NCBI GenBank assembly: GCA_034399415.1
Contig: DASCSY010000001.1
Location: forward strand, 1 to 46,463
Origin: Acidimicrobiales bacterium
GTDB taxonomy: Bacteria > Actinomycetota > Acidimicrobiia > Acidimicrobiales > Poriferisodalaceae
Length of the DNA stretch: 46,463 nt
Direction of reading: 5' to 3'
A program made the position numbers and the translations under genes. Each line of letters begins with the position of its first letter. Positions within the stretch are counted from its first letter, which is position 1. Below, piece by piece: positions 22,926 through 31,458 of this stretch. Under the pieces are notes generated by a model. It made no database searches, was not told the DNA's origin, and saw only the letters and a list, made by a program, of their open reading frames with translations.

Positions 22926-22933
22926 CTTTTATA
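22899..22933. promoter_or_regulatory. 11-bp perfect inverted repeat, HAIR-like candidate HspR operator
   Basis: TATAAAAGTTG (22899-22909), a 13-nt spacer, then CAACTTTTATA (22923-22933). The minus strand contains ACTCAAC, a 6/7 match to the HAIR half-site ACTCAAG. The other half is degenerate. Confidence 0.45.
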
Positions 22934-22935
22934 TT
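22907..22935 (+). promoter_or_regulatory. Candidate gpmA promoter: TTGAGT-N17-TATATT
   Basis: Plus strand -35 at 22907-22912 and -10 at 22930-22935, with a 17-nt spacer. It is the mirror image of the dnaK promoter within the same palindrome. Confidence 0.35.
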
Positions 22936-22984
22936 AGCTGTGGTTGGATCCCTGGATCCGTCTAGGCCAGGTAGGGTGCAACCT

Positions 22985-23701
22985 ATGGTCAACACGGCCA
23001 CGCGGCTCATTCTTCTTCGTCATGGTCAAAGCCAATGGAATCTTGAAAATCGATTCACCGGTTGGTTTGATGTCGATTTGACCGAGAAAGGGATCCGCGA
23101 AGCATCCCAGGCGGGCGCATTACTTGAGGCGGCCAACATCAGACCCGATGTCGTGCACACGTCACTCCAAACACGTGCCATCGAAACAGCGAATCTAGCT
23201 TTATCGGCGGCTGACCGTCTTTGGGTCCCTGTGCGGAGAAGCTGGCGGCTTAACGAACGTCACTACGGTGCTCTTACCGGCTTGGATAAGGACGAAACCG
23301 TAGCTCTTCATGGTGCTCAACAGGTCCATTTATGGCGCCGGAGCTATTCGACCGCGCCACCTGAAATGCCTGCAGAACATCCGTACAACCCAAACAACGA
23401 CGCTCGTTACGCATCTATCCCGAACAATTCGCTGCCGCGAACCGAATGCCTCGCCGATGTCGTTAAACGCTTGGTCCCTTATTGGCAAGGTCCACTAGCA
23501 GAAGATTTAAGAGAATCGAAGACGGTTCTCGTCGCAGCTCACGGGAACAGTCTGCGTGCCCTGGTGAAACACCTTCAAGCAATCCCCGATAATGAGATCA
23601 GTGATCTTGAAATCCCTACCGGCGCACCCATCATCTACGACCTCAACGCGGCCCTAGAGCCAACTGAGTCCCTGCCGATTGCCGACCGCTACTTAGGCTA
23701 G
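22985..23701 (+). CDS. gpmA: 2,3-bisphosphoglycerate-dependent phosphoglycerate mutase
   Basis: LILLRHGQSQWN (RHG catalytic motif), ERHYG and AHGNSLRAL. The track ORF starts at 22940 (GTG). The ATG at 22985 gives the canonical N-terminus. Confidence 0.9.
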   Translation: MVNTATRLILLRHGQSQWNLENRFTGWFDVDLTEKGIREASQAGALLEAANIRPDVVHTSLQTRAIETANLALSAADRLWVPVRRSWRLNERHYGALTGLDKDETVALHGAQQVHLWRRSYSTAPPEMPAEHPYNPNNDARYASIPNNSLPRTECLADVVKRLVPYWQGPLAEDLRESKTVLVAAHGNSLRALVKHLQAIPDNEISDLEIPTGAPIIYDLNAALEPTESLPIADRYLG

Positions 23702-23732
23702 AACTGCCATGCGAGACGTCGAACTGCGCTTA

Positions 23733-24074
23733 CTACAGAGCGTCAACCCCGCGTTCGCCGGTTCGAATACGAGTCACGCTTTCGACCTCTGTAACCCATA
23801 CTTTCCCATCACCAATTTTTTCAGTTCGCGCTGCCTGGACAAGACAGTCCACGACGCGATCCGTATCCGCGGCATCTACCAGTATTTCAACCCGAACCTT
23901 GGGGATGAAGTCGACGTGATATTCGGTTCCTCGATACGTCTCGGTGTGGCCGCCTTGGCGACCAAATCCGCGTACTTCTGAAGCAGTAAGACCTTGAACG
24001 TTGGTGTCTTGCAACGCTTCGACAACAGCTTCAAGGCGGTGGGGTTTAATTACAGCAGTAACCAAACGGACCAT
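23733..24074 (-). CDS. glnB: P-II nitrogen regulatory protein
   Basis: 113 aa. AVIKPHRLEAV, T-loop GFGRQGGHTETYRGTEY with the Tyr51 equivalent, and DGKVWV. A GAGGAG RBS is present. Confidence 0.9.
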   Translation of the reverse strand: MVRLVTAVIKPHRLEAVVEALQDTNVQGLTASEVRGFGRQGGHTETYRGTEYHVDFIPKVRVEILVDAADTDRVVDCLVQAARTEKIGDGKVWVTEVESVTRIRTGERGVDAL

Positions 24075-24277
24075 ATCTGCTGCTCCTCAGGGGTTCCTTA
24101 CCTGTCAACCTTGTCACGCTAACGACAATCCAGCCAACGGCAAAAAAATAAACTTGGCGTTGATCCTTGTAGCCACCCGTCAAACATGAAACCCCACCCC
24201 TGTTTGTGGCCCTATCCGTCACACCGATAATCGGACACATGTTGAGAAGCATGCGACACAAATCTTCCGTGCTCTAG

Positions 24278-26488
24278 GTGCGGTTCATCGACAACCTGTC
24301 CGGTAACTTGGCCTACGTGCAAGCACGAATTAAACCGCATCATCTCGCACTCACTATTGGAGTTGCGTTCGCTTCGGTGACTGCAGTTTCTGGAATCGCT
24401 GCGGCTGCTTTTGGGTTCCACAACCACAACCCAGTACACCGAGAGGTGTTCGGCAACATCCCTGGTGCCTTACAGCTCGCCTTTTATGTCATTACGCCTT
24501 TCCTCATCGTATTCGGGGCATGGAATTTCGCTCAACGCGTACGGAACTGGGAACGTGGAGCGCCTGACCGTCGAGCCACTACCGGGGCCAACGCCCAGCG
24601 GAGAATGCACGATTACCGGGCTGGGGTGATGATGCAAACCTTGTTGCGTGACCCTGTCGCTGGGGTAATGCACGCCCTTCTCTACTACGGCTTTTTGGTT
24701 CTCCTAGCTGTCACCACCACCCTTGAAATCGACCATCAACTTCCCGAGAGATTGAAGTTTCTCCATGGCGGTACTTACCAGGGATTCAGTTTTGTGGGAG
24801 ATCTCGCAGGTCTTGCTTTCACCGGCGGCATGGCTTGGTCAGTCGTTCGTCGATATGTCCAAAAGCCCTATCGCATACGCATCAAAACGCGGCCCGAGCA
24901 TGCTGTCATCCTCGGCGTTCTATTGGGCCTTGGGGTTACGGGCTTTGCGGCCGAAGCATTTCGGATTGCTTTGGAAGGGCGCCCAACCTACGAGCAATGG
25001 TCTTTCGTTGGTTACCCCCTTTCGGCGTTAGTTGACGGTATTGATTCTGTAGCCGGTTGGCATCAGGCACTCTGGGTTAGCCACGTCGTCTGCTTCATGG
25101 CTTTTCTCGTGCTGTTACCAGTCACGATGCTCCGCCACATGTTCACTTCTCCCCTCAACATGTATCTCAAAGACCGGGAACGGCCGAAAGGAGCAATGCG
25201 GGCTCTACCGGATCTCATGGAGGCAGAAGACATCGAAACCATCGGGGCGTCGGTTATCGAAGATTTCACCTGGAAACAGCTGTTAGACACCGACAGTTGC
25301 ACCATGTGCGGGCGCTGCACCGCGGTATGCCCGGCCCACGCAACAGGAAAACCCCTCGACCCCCGAGAAATCGTGCTGAAGACCGGCGAAATAATGGCGG
25401 CAACTGGTGAACACGGAGAGGTGTCCCCGCCAATTGGCACAGATCGGGAAATAACGGTCAGCGCAAACAATTTGTTCGAACGCATTAGCACTGAGGAACT
25501 TTGGTCCTGCACCAGTTGCAGGGCTTGCGACGAAAACTGTCCTGTCAATATCGAAATTCTCGACAAAATTCTTGATATGCGCCGCTATCTCACGCTGATG
25601 GAAAGCGACTTTCCTAGCGAACTCGGAGGGGCGTTCCGAGGCATGGAAAACAACGCCAACCCCTGGAATATGAACAACGGCGAACGCGCTGACTGGGTTA
25701 AAGATTTAGATGTCGAAGTTGTTGACCCCTCCGACCCCTTCGACCATGAATACCTCTATTGGGTTGGTTGTGCGGGTTCTTTCGATGACAAGAACCAGAA
25801 GGTCTCGGAGGCAACTGCCAAGCTGTTGAATCGAGCCGGTGTTGATTTCGCGATCCTAGGTCCATCGGAAATGTGCACGGGTGACAGCGCGCGCCGTTCG
25901 GGCAACGAGTACCTCTTCCAAATGCTCGCTGCTGAAAACGTCAGCAGCCTAAACGAGATGGGAGTTCGGAAGATCGTCACTCAATGCCCTCACTGTTTCA
26001 ACACATTGAAGAACGAATACCCCCAATATGGTGGCAACTGGGAAGTGGTGCATCACACCCAGTTCTTGGAAGAACTTGTGGCATCAGGGGCACTTGATTT
26101 AAGTGAAGCCCGGTTGGAAGAGCGAATCGTTTATCACGATTCGTGTTACCTGGGTCGTCACAACGACGTGTACATGTCGCCAAGAAACGTCATCGGCAAC
26201 CTGGCCGGAGTGGAAATCGTTGAAGCCCCAAGAAACGGAACCAAAGGCATGTGCTGTGGGGCTGGTGGGGCGCGAATGTGGATGGAAGAAACCATTGGCA
26301 CAAAGGTCAACGACGAACGTTCCAAAGAACTCATAGAGACCGGGGCAAGTCGTATAGCTACGGCTTGTCCCTTCTGCTACGTCATGATTGATGACGGCGT
26401 GAAAGCTCAAGGGTTTGGAGAAGACGAGGTCAAAGTTGCTGATATCGCGATCCACTTAGTGGAGGCGCTCGAAGCAACTACCGAATGA
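24278..26488 (+). CDS. Membrane-anchored Fe-S oxidoreductase: N-terminal polytopic domain, 2x[4Fe-4S] ferredoxin domain and two CCG (HdrD/GlpC-like) domains
   Basis: 736 aa, GTG start. About 6 predicted TM helices fill the first ~300 aa. Cluster motifs are CTMCGRCTAVCP and CTSCRACDENCP. Cys-rich CCG-type blocks follow: VGCAGSF...CPHC and DSCYL...CCGAGG...CPFC. From memory it resembles the Rv0338c type. Confidence 0.8.
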   Translation: MRFIDNLSGNLAYVQARIKPHHLALTIGVAFASVTAVSGIAAAAFGFHNHNPVHREVFGNIPGALQLAFYVITPFLIVFGAWNFAQRVRNWERGAPDRRATTGANAQRRMHDYRAGVMMQTLLRDPVAGVMHALLYYGFLVLLAVTTTLEIDHQLPERLKFLHGGTYQGFSFVGDLAGLAFTGGMAWSVVRRYVQKPYRIRIKTRPEHAVILGVLLGLGVTGFAAEAFRIALEGRPTYEQWSFVGYPLSALVDGIDSVAGWHQALWVSHVVCFMAFLVLLPVTMLRHMFTSPLNMYLKDRERPKGAMRALPDLMEAEDIETIGASVIEDFTWKQLLDTDSCTMCGRCTAVCPAHATGKPLDPREIVLKTGEIMAATGEHGEVSPPIGTDREITVSANNLFERISTEELWSCTSCRACDENCPVNIEILDKILDMRRYLTLMESDFPSELGGAFRGMENNANPWNMNNGERADWVKDLDVEVVDPSDPFDHEYLYWVGCAGSFDDKNQKVSEATAKLLNRAGVDFAILGPSEMCTGDSARRSGNEYLFQMLAAENVSSLNEMGVRKIVTQCPHCFNTLKNEYPQYGGNWEVVHHTQFLEELVASGALDLSEARLEERIVYHDSCYLGRHNDVYMSPRNVIGNLAGVEIVEAPRNGTKGMCCGAGGARMWMEETIGTKVNDERSKELIETGASRIATACPFCYVMIDDGVKAQGFGEDEVKVADIAIHLVEALEATTE

Positions 26489-26503
26489 ACGATTCGCGTG
26501 TAG

Positions 26504-27064
26504 TCAAAAGTTTTCGTGGAACCGGCTAGGGGTCGGGCCGCGTTGCCCTCGATATTTCGATCCTAACGATGACGCACCATACGGAACATCCGCAGCGGTT
26601 GTCATTTGGATGAAGCTGATTTGGCCGATCTTCATGCCCGGATAAAGGGTGATCGGAAGATTGGCGACATTCGACAGTTCAAGAGTGAGGTGACCATCCC
26701 AGCCCGCATCAACAAATCCTGCGGTCGTATGAATTAACAACCCCAGCCTGCCGAGAGACGACTTGCCTTCTATGCGACCGACCAGATCATCGGGGATAGC
26801 GATCCTTTCAAGCGTCGATCCAAGCGCGAATTCCCCTGGATGCAGAACGAACGCGTCATCGCCGTCAACCATTACTTCTTCTGTTAGGTCGGTCTGGTCT
26901 TCTTTAACGTCGATCACTCGTCGAGTGTGATTCAAAAAGACCCGGAACCTGTCGTCTAGATGCAAATCCACTGAAGATGGCTGGATATCTGTCGGATCAA
27001 GCGGATCAATCACAATACGTCCATCCGCCAGAAGTTCGCGGATTGTGCGGTCGGAGAGGATCAT
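26504..27064 (-). CDS. dcd: dCTP deaminase (possibly bifunctional dCTP deaminase/dUTPase)
   Basis: 186 aa. [22 protein letters not shown] and AGFVDAGW blocks. Confidence 0.9.
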   Translation of the reverse strand: MILSDRTIRELLADGRIVIDPLDPTDIQPSSVDLHLDDRFRVFLNHTRRVIDVKEDQTDLTEEVMVDGDDAFVLHPGEFALGSTLERIAIPDDLVGRIEGKSSLGRLGLLIHTTAGFVDAGWDGHLTLELSNVANLPITLYPGMKIGQISFIQMTTAADVPYGASSLGSKYRGQRGPTPSRFHENF

Positions 27065-27187
27065 GAGAAACGCAGCCTAGCGGCGCGTCCCCAGAGGGGC
27101 CGACCCGATAACCGGGGGTTCGCCGCCCGGCAAGTGACAAGGCGCGCCGCTTCGTTAAACTTCACTTTCCACGTGACAGTTGGTCCT

Positions 27188-27261
27188 GCGGGTGTAGTTC
27201 AATGGCAGAACGTCAGCTTCCCAAGCTGAGAACGCGGGTTCGATTCCCGTCACCCGCTCCA
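27188..27261 (+). tRNA. tRNA-Gly (anticodon CCC), CCA encoded
   Basis: Acceptor GCGGGTG/CACCCGC, anticodon stem TCAGC/GCTGA, loop TTCCCAA, T arm GCGGG-TTCGATT-CCCGT, discriminator T, then CCA. Confidence 0.9.
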
Positions 27262-27308
27262 TTTCCAACCGATGTGCTTCACCGTTTTGCCCAACCAGGT
27301 CACCTGTC

Positions 27309-28202
27309 TCATGCGCGGGGCATCGTCTTTACGCGCACCGCTGGCATCCAACGCGGCCCGGCGGTGGCATCAATTCTGGCGACGAATGCGTCATGGTGTG
27401 GTTCAACGAGCGCACAGAATCGAGCGGCCGTTTCTTCGCCCACTGCCCTCCAAGCGGGTGCAGTGAGGGCATCGGTGCGTACCTCAAGATCTAGCCGGAA
27501 GCGGCGACCTTCGTCATTGAGCGCACCATTGGACGCCAAGCCTTTGGCCTCTAGCCGAGCCCACCCGCGAGCCACGGCTTCGTCGTCATTACCGCGACTA
27601 CGAGCGATCCACTCCTCACTACCGTATTCATCAAGATCCACCAGCGCCGAATGAAGTAATCCAACTTCGACATCGTCAAGATCCTCACTGCCGCATAACG
27701 CCCAGTGATTGTCACCCCGCAATTCGCGCAAACAGTTCGCGGCGAGCCAGGCTGACAACCCAGAGTTGCTACCTACAGGTCGCGGCTGGCCTCGGTGAGC
27801 GGCGAACATCGGCCGACCACCAAAGTGCACGGAATCCACGCCACGCCACAATGCGTCAGCAAAGTTACCCAGTTCATCGGTCAACCCTGGAGCAATCTCG
27901 TCAAGACCAGGTTCGACAGCCATGTCGCGGACAGCCAGGATGGACTTGGCCTCAGTGACCTCCTGATAGGCGTTCATCACTGCAGCGATCACTGACGGGT
28001 TAATCGAATAGGTAGCAGCGGCAGCAACTGCGGGTGCGACATCCCCCAGAGAGGCGAGCCGCCAAGCCACGACCCACCCCAGGCCATTGGGTACACCAAG
28101 AGCTTCATACTCCCGAATCGCTCGCTGGTCCCACATCATCCAACCGACGAGGTCGTGACACACCAAGCCACTCTTAGCTGTCAGCAGCCCCCAATCGGTC
28201 AT
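27309..28202 (-). CDS. Conserved hypothetical protein (possibly SCO6745-like, LRELRGDNH motif)
   Basis: 297-aa ORF with an ATG start and coding-like composition. LRELRGDNHWAL recalls the LREHRGDGH motif of an actinobacterial family I remember only loosely. Function unknown. Confidence 0.55.
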   Translation of the reverse strand: MTDWGLLTAKSGLVCHDLVGWMMWDQRAIREYEALGVPNGLGWVVAWRLASLGDVAPAVAAAATYSINPSVIAAVMNAYQEVTEAKSILAVRDMAVEPGLDEIAPGLTDELGNFADALWRGVDSVHFGGRPMFAAHRGQPRPVGSNSGLSAWLAANCLRELRGDNHWALCGSEDLDDVEVGLLHSALVDLDEYGSEEWIARSRGNDDEAVARGWARLEAKGLASNGALNDEGRRFRLDLEVRTDALTAPAWRAVGEETAARFCALVEPHHDAFVARIDATAGPRWMPAVRVKTMPRA

Positions 28203-28364
28203 CCGCCTGAATCTAGCTCCGCGATCCGATAAATAGCCCTACCGTCCCAGGCTAAACGGGCAATCGGTGATCACTCCATGTACTAGGCGTCAAAGAAGAG
28301 ACACCCCATGTACGGTCCTCAGGGCCTTGCGATCCTCAAAGGGACGGGATTGTCTCGTCCGGTG

Positions 28365-28571
28365 TCAGCGGAAAAGTGTTGCCAGGGCCCATATCGCGGC
28401 CACCAGCCCAACAACCACCATGACCATGCTCCGCCCAAGCGGTGCTCGTGCAAGTTCATCATCCCCGCGTGGTTCACCACGCGGTCGAAGCATCGCTAGC
28501 GCGTTGCCAACGAAGAGTGCGCCGCCGAGAGCCAGCATCAAGAAAGGAATTAAGTCGGGGCCGAGGAACAC
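28365..28571 (-). CDS. Possible small two-helix membrane protein
   Basis: 68-aa ORF directly downstream of dnaB with two hydrophobic segments (LIPFLMLALGGALFVGNALAML and MVMVVVGLVAAIWALATLF). It has a GTG start and no clear SD. Confidence 0.35.
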   Translation of the reverse strand: MFLGPDLIPFLMLALGGALFVGNALAMLRPRGEPRGDDELARAPLGRSMVMVVVGLVAAIWALATLFR

Positions 28572-28583
28572 GATCAGTAACCG

Positions 28584-29957
28584 TTATGTCTGGTCTTGGT
28601 ACCGGCTCATATTCGCGAATCTTGTGTAATTGCTGAGCCAAGCAAGTCGCACCGTGCCCGTTGGGCCATTGCGATGTTTCGCGACAATAACTTCAGCTGA
28701 CCCAATGTCAGGTGATTCGGGGTTGTACACCTCGTCGCGGTAGAGAAAAGCAACGACGTCGGCATCTTGTTCTATAGACCCGGATTCTCGAAGGTCTGAA
28801 AGCATGGGCCGTTTATCAGTTCGCGACTCGAGTCCTCGGCTGAGTTGGGATATAGCAACTATTGGGGTATCGAGTTCGCGGGCGAGGATTTTTAAACCAC
28901 GTGACATTTCTGAAACCTCAACCTGGCGATTCTCGGCATTCCCTCTACCACTCATTAGCTGTAAATAGTCAACGACTATCATCCCGAGGTCGCCTAGACG
29001 ACTTTTCAGTCTCCGAGCTTTTGCCCGAATTTCCATCACCGTCAAGTTTGGATTGTCGTCAATCCATATGGGAGCTTCGCCGAGCTTTCCTACTGCTCGC
29101 GTGATCTTGGGCCAGTCATCTTCGGACAGATTCCCGTTTCGCATTCGCTGCGAATCGACTCGAGCGTCTGAGCAAAGGAGCCTCTGAGTCAACTCAAGGT
29201 GGCCCATCTCCAAAGAAAAGAATAGGACTGGGCGTTGTGCCTCCAGGGCGGCGCTTGCCGCCATCCCGAGGGCAAACGCTGTCTTACCCATGGAAGGTCG
29301 CGCGCCGACAACTACAAGGTTGCTGGGTTGTAAACCGGAAAGAAGTTCGTCAAAGTCGATATAACCGGTGGGGAGTCCGGTGATCGCGTTGCCCTGTTCG
29401 TACAACTCCTCTAGGCGGTCAAGGTTGGCGTCAAGTAATTCGCGAATGGGTTTGGTTGTATCGACAACTCGACGTTCAGCAATTTGGAACATCATGGCTT
29501 CAGCTTCGTCAACAGTTTTGACTACGTCCTCCGGCCTGCTGTAGCCCAATTCCACGATGTCGCCGGCGACTCCGATGAGGCGGCGAAGCATGGCGTGTTC
29601 TTCTACGATTCGCGCGTAACGACCCGCATTGGACGAAGCAGGGGTCGACGTTTGCAACTCAAGTAGCCGCTGAGGCCCACCGACTTGGTCAAGAAGACCG
29701 GCTCTAGTGAGTTCTTCGGCAACCGTGACAGGGTCAGCGGGTTCTCCTGACCCGTACAACGAAGCCACAGCGTCGAAAATGTAACCATGCGCCGGGACGT
29801 AGAATTGGTCACCGCTAAGCGTTTCGACTGCGGGCCCAATGGCATCGCGAGATAGAAGCATCGCCCCTAGTAATGACGCCTCAGCATCCACATTATGTGG
29901 GGGCACTCTGGCATTTGAGTTAGCTGGTGGTGGATTGAAAGAGGGGTCGTTGGTCAT
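28584..29957 (-). CDS. dnaB: Replicative DNA helicase DnaB (no intein)
   Basis: PPHNVDAEASLLGAMLLS, Walker A GARPSMGKTAF, Walker B IVVDYLQLM, and ISQLSR. The track ORF starts at the GTG at 30053, inside a DnaA box. I prefer the ATG at 29957 (MTNDPSF...); the ATG at 30005 is also possible. Confidence 0.93.
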   Translation of the reverse strand: MTNDPSFNPPPANSNARVPPHNVDAEASLLGAMLLSRDAIGPAVETLSGDQFYVPAHGYIFDAVASLYGSGEPADPVTVAEELTRAGLLDQVGGPQRLLELQTSTPASSNAGRYARIVEEHAMLRRLIGVAGDIVELGYSRPEDVVKTVDEAEAMMFQIAERRVVDTTKPIRELLDANLDRLEELYEQGNAITGLPTGYIDFDELLSGLQPSNLVVVGARPSMGKTAFALGMAASAALEAQRPVLFFSLEMGHLELTQRLLCSDARVDSQRMRNGNLSEDDWPKITRAVGKLGEAPIWIDDNPNLTVMEIRAKARRLKSRLGDLGMIVVDYLQLMSGRGNAENRQVEVSEMSRGLKILARELDTPIVAISQLSRGLESRTDKRPMLSDLRESGSIEQDADVVAFLYRDEVYNPESPDIGSAEVIVAKHRNGPTGTVRLAWLSNYTRFANMSRYQDQT

Positions 29958-30027
29958 CGTCGTTAGCTTCTCAGATAGTTCATGTGTAGATCGAGGGACA
30001 GACATTGGGGATTTAGGCCCCCTTTTC

Positions 30028-30054
30028 TGTGGAAAACCCCCGAAGTTATCCACA
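30028..30054. promoter_or_regulatory. Inverted pair of DnaA-box consensus 9-mers
   Basis: TGTGGAAAA (30028-30036, complement TTTTCCACA) and TTATCCACA (30046-30054, a perfect E. coli-type R box), 9 nt apart. Together they form a 7-bp inverted repeat, CTGTGGA/TCCACAG. Confidence 0.45.
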
Positions 30055-30153
30055 GAAGATGACAGCTATGTGACAGACCACTGCACGTAGCCGATTGCAG
30101 CCATTTCCTAAGGAATTCGCGCGTCGCGTGGAAATCGCGCCTGTCGCGAGACT

Positions 30154-31398
30154 CTAAGAGCGCGCCGCAGCGACGGCTTGCGCGTCTGTATGACCCAAAA
30201 AGCGTTCAGGAATTGGGACGTCAAATATTTCAGCCGCATTCAACCCCAAGATTTTCGCTCGGCTGGCATCGTCCAACTCCCCCATCGTCCGTTCAATCGC
30301 TTCCGCTGAATGAGGCCATGAACCTTCGTGATGCGGATAATCGTTGGCCCACATGAAGTTAGGGACCAAGTCATGCTGCAAAGCCAAATCCAAACCCGCA
30401 GCGTCCTCCTGGAAAGTCGCAAATCCTTGCCGCTTGAAATATTCGCTGGGCAGTAGTTCAAGTTTCGGCCTTACCGCCCAGTGGTGTTTCACGTATGCCT
30501 CGTCCATTGCTTGGATGGCCCACGGAACCCATCCAATGCCAGCTTCGACACTCCCAAATCTCAATGTCGGGAATTGCTCGGCTACCCCGGACGCGCAAAG
30601 ATTTGCGATTGGTTCAATGTTCTGAGCCAGAGCATGAACGGCGTAATTGATAACAGCGCCTCCTCGGCTACGGGCGGTTCGAGGATCTCGGCCGGTCGAA
30701 ATGTGAAATGTGACTGGTAAGTCCACCTCCACTATGGCTTCCCACAAAGGATCGAATTCCTTGAGGTTGTAATTCAAAGCCTCATGGTCGGGGGCACCCC
30801 AGATTGGTTTGCTGGGAAGTTGTAACCCCTTGAACCCCAGTTCTGCGCAGCGCTGAATTTCGGCAATCGCGTTATCTAGATCCGCGGGAGCAATGCACGC
30901 CATGGCAATCAATTGGTCGTTATATGGGCCAAAGGTTTCCCAAGCCCAGTCGTTATAAACGCGACACATCGCATGACTGAAGCCAGGGTCGCTGGTAGCC
31001 CACATAGTTAGACCCTTGTTCGGAAAAATGATCTCCGCATCAGTCCCGTCTGCACCAAGATCAGAGAGTCGCTCTTCTGGGGTATAACCAGACTTATTAC
31101 GAAGAAGGTCCTGTCCCTCAAACCGAATAGTGTTGAGCTTCAGAGGATTACGAAACCCTTCAGTCTTTTGGAACTTTTCACCTTTCATTCCGATAATCAC
31201 TCCCGGTAACCGATCTCGATACTTCTCATCGATTCGAGTGGCCCAGAGGTCCTTTGGTTCTTGAGCATGCCCATCGGTCGACACCATGAAGTATTTATCG
31301 TCCGCATCCGGTCGGGGTGAGCGTTCCCAGTCCGATGATCCGGGGGTGTCAAGTCGCCATTCGTTGTTTGAATCAGGTGCAGGAATAACAGTGGTCAT
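30154..31398 (-). CDS. Amidohydrolase-2 (ACMSD-like) family metal-dependent hydrolase
   Basis: 414 aa. TFHISTGRD and WANDYPHHEGSWPHS blocks are typical of the PF04909-type family. Confidence 0.75.
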   Translation of the reverse strand: MTTVIPAPDSNNEWRLDTPGSSDWERSPRPDADDKYFMVSTDGHAQEPKDLWATRIDEKYRDRLPGVIIGMKGEKFQKTEGFRNPLKLNTIRFEGQDLLRNKSGYTPEERLSDLGADGTDAEIIFPNKGLTMWATSDPGFSHAMCRVYNDWAWETFGPYNDQLIAMACIAPADLDNAIAEIQRCAELGFKGLQLPSKPIWGAPDHEALNYNLKEFDPLWEAIVEVDLPVTFHISTGRDPRTARSRGGAVINYAVHALAQNIEPIANLCASGVAEQFPTLRFGSVEAGIGWVPWAIQAMDEAYVKHHWAVRPKLELLPSEYFKRQGFATFQEDAAGLDLALQHDLVPNFMWANDYPHHEGSWPHSAEAIERTMGELDDASRAKILGLNAAEIFDVPIPERFLGHTDAQAVAAARS

Positions 31399-31458
31399 AG
31401 TCTCTCTCCGTCTACAGCATCGCTCACAGTAACAAGCGGTGTCACAGAAGGACCAACT

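Noticed and set aside
24075-24277. GlnR/AmtR-type nitrogen boxes upstream of the P-II gene
   Set aside because: Fragments such as GTCAAACATGAAAC and GTGAC...GGAAC are present. However, the spacing does not fit the gTnAc-N6-GaAAc pattern I remember, so the evidence is too weak to call.
27188-28202. tRNA-Gly as an integration site for a genomic island
   Set aside because: There is no integrase and no direct repeat of the tRNA 3' end downstream. The next gene is a single conserved hypothetical, followed by dnaB.
28584-30053. DnaB intein (common in mycobacterial dnaB)
   Set aside because: The helicase motifs are contiguous in a 458-489 aa product with no insertion and no Cys/Ser...HN splice-junction block.
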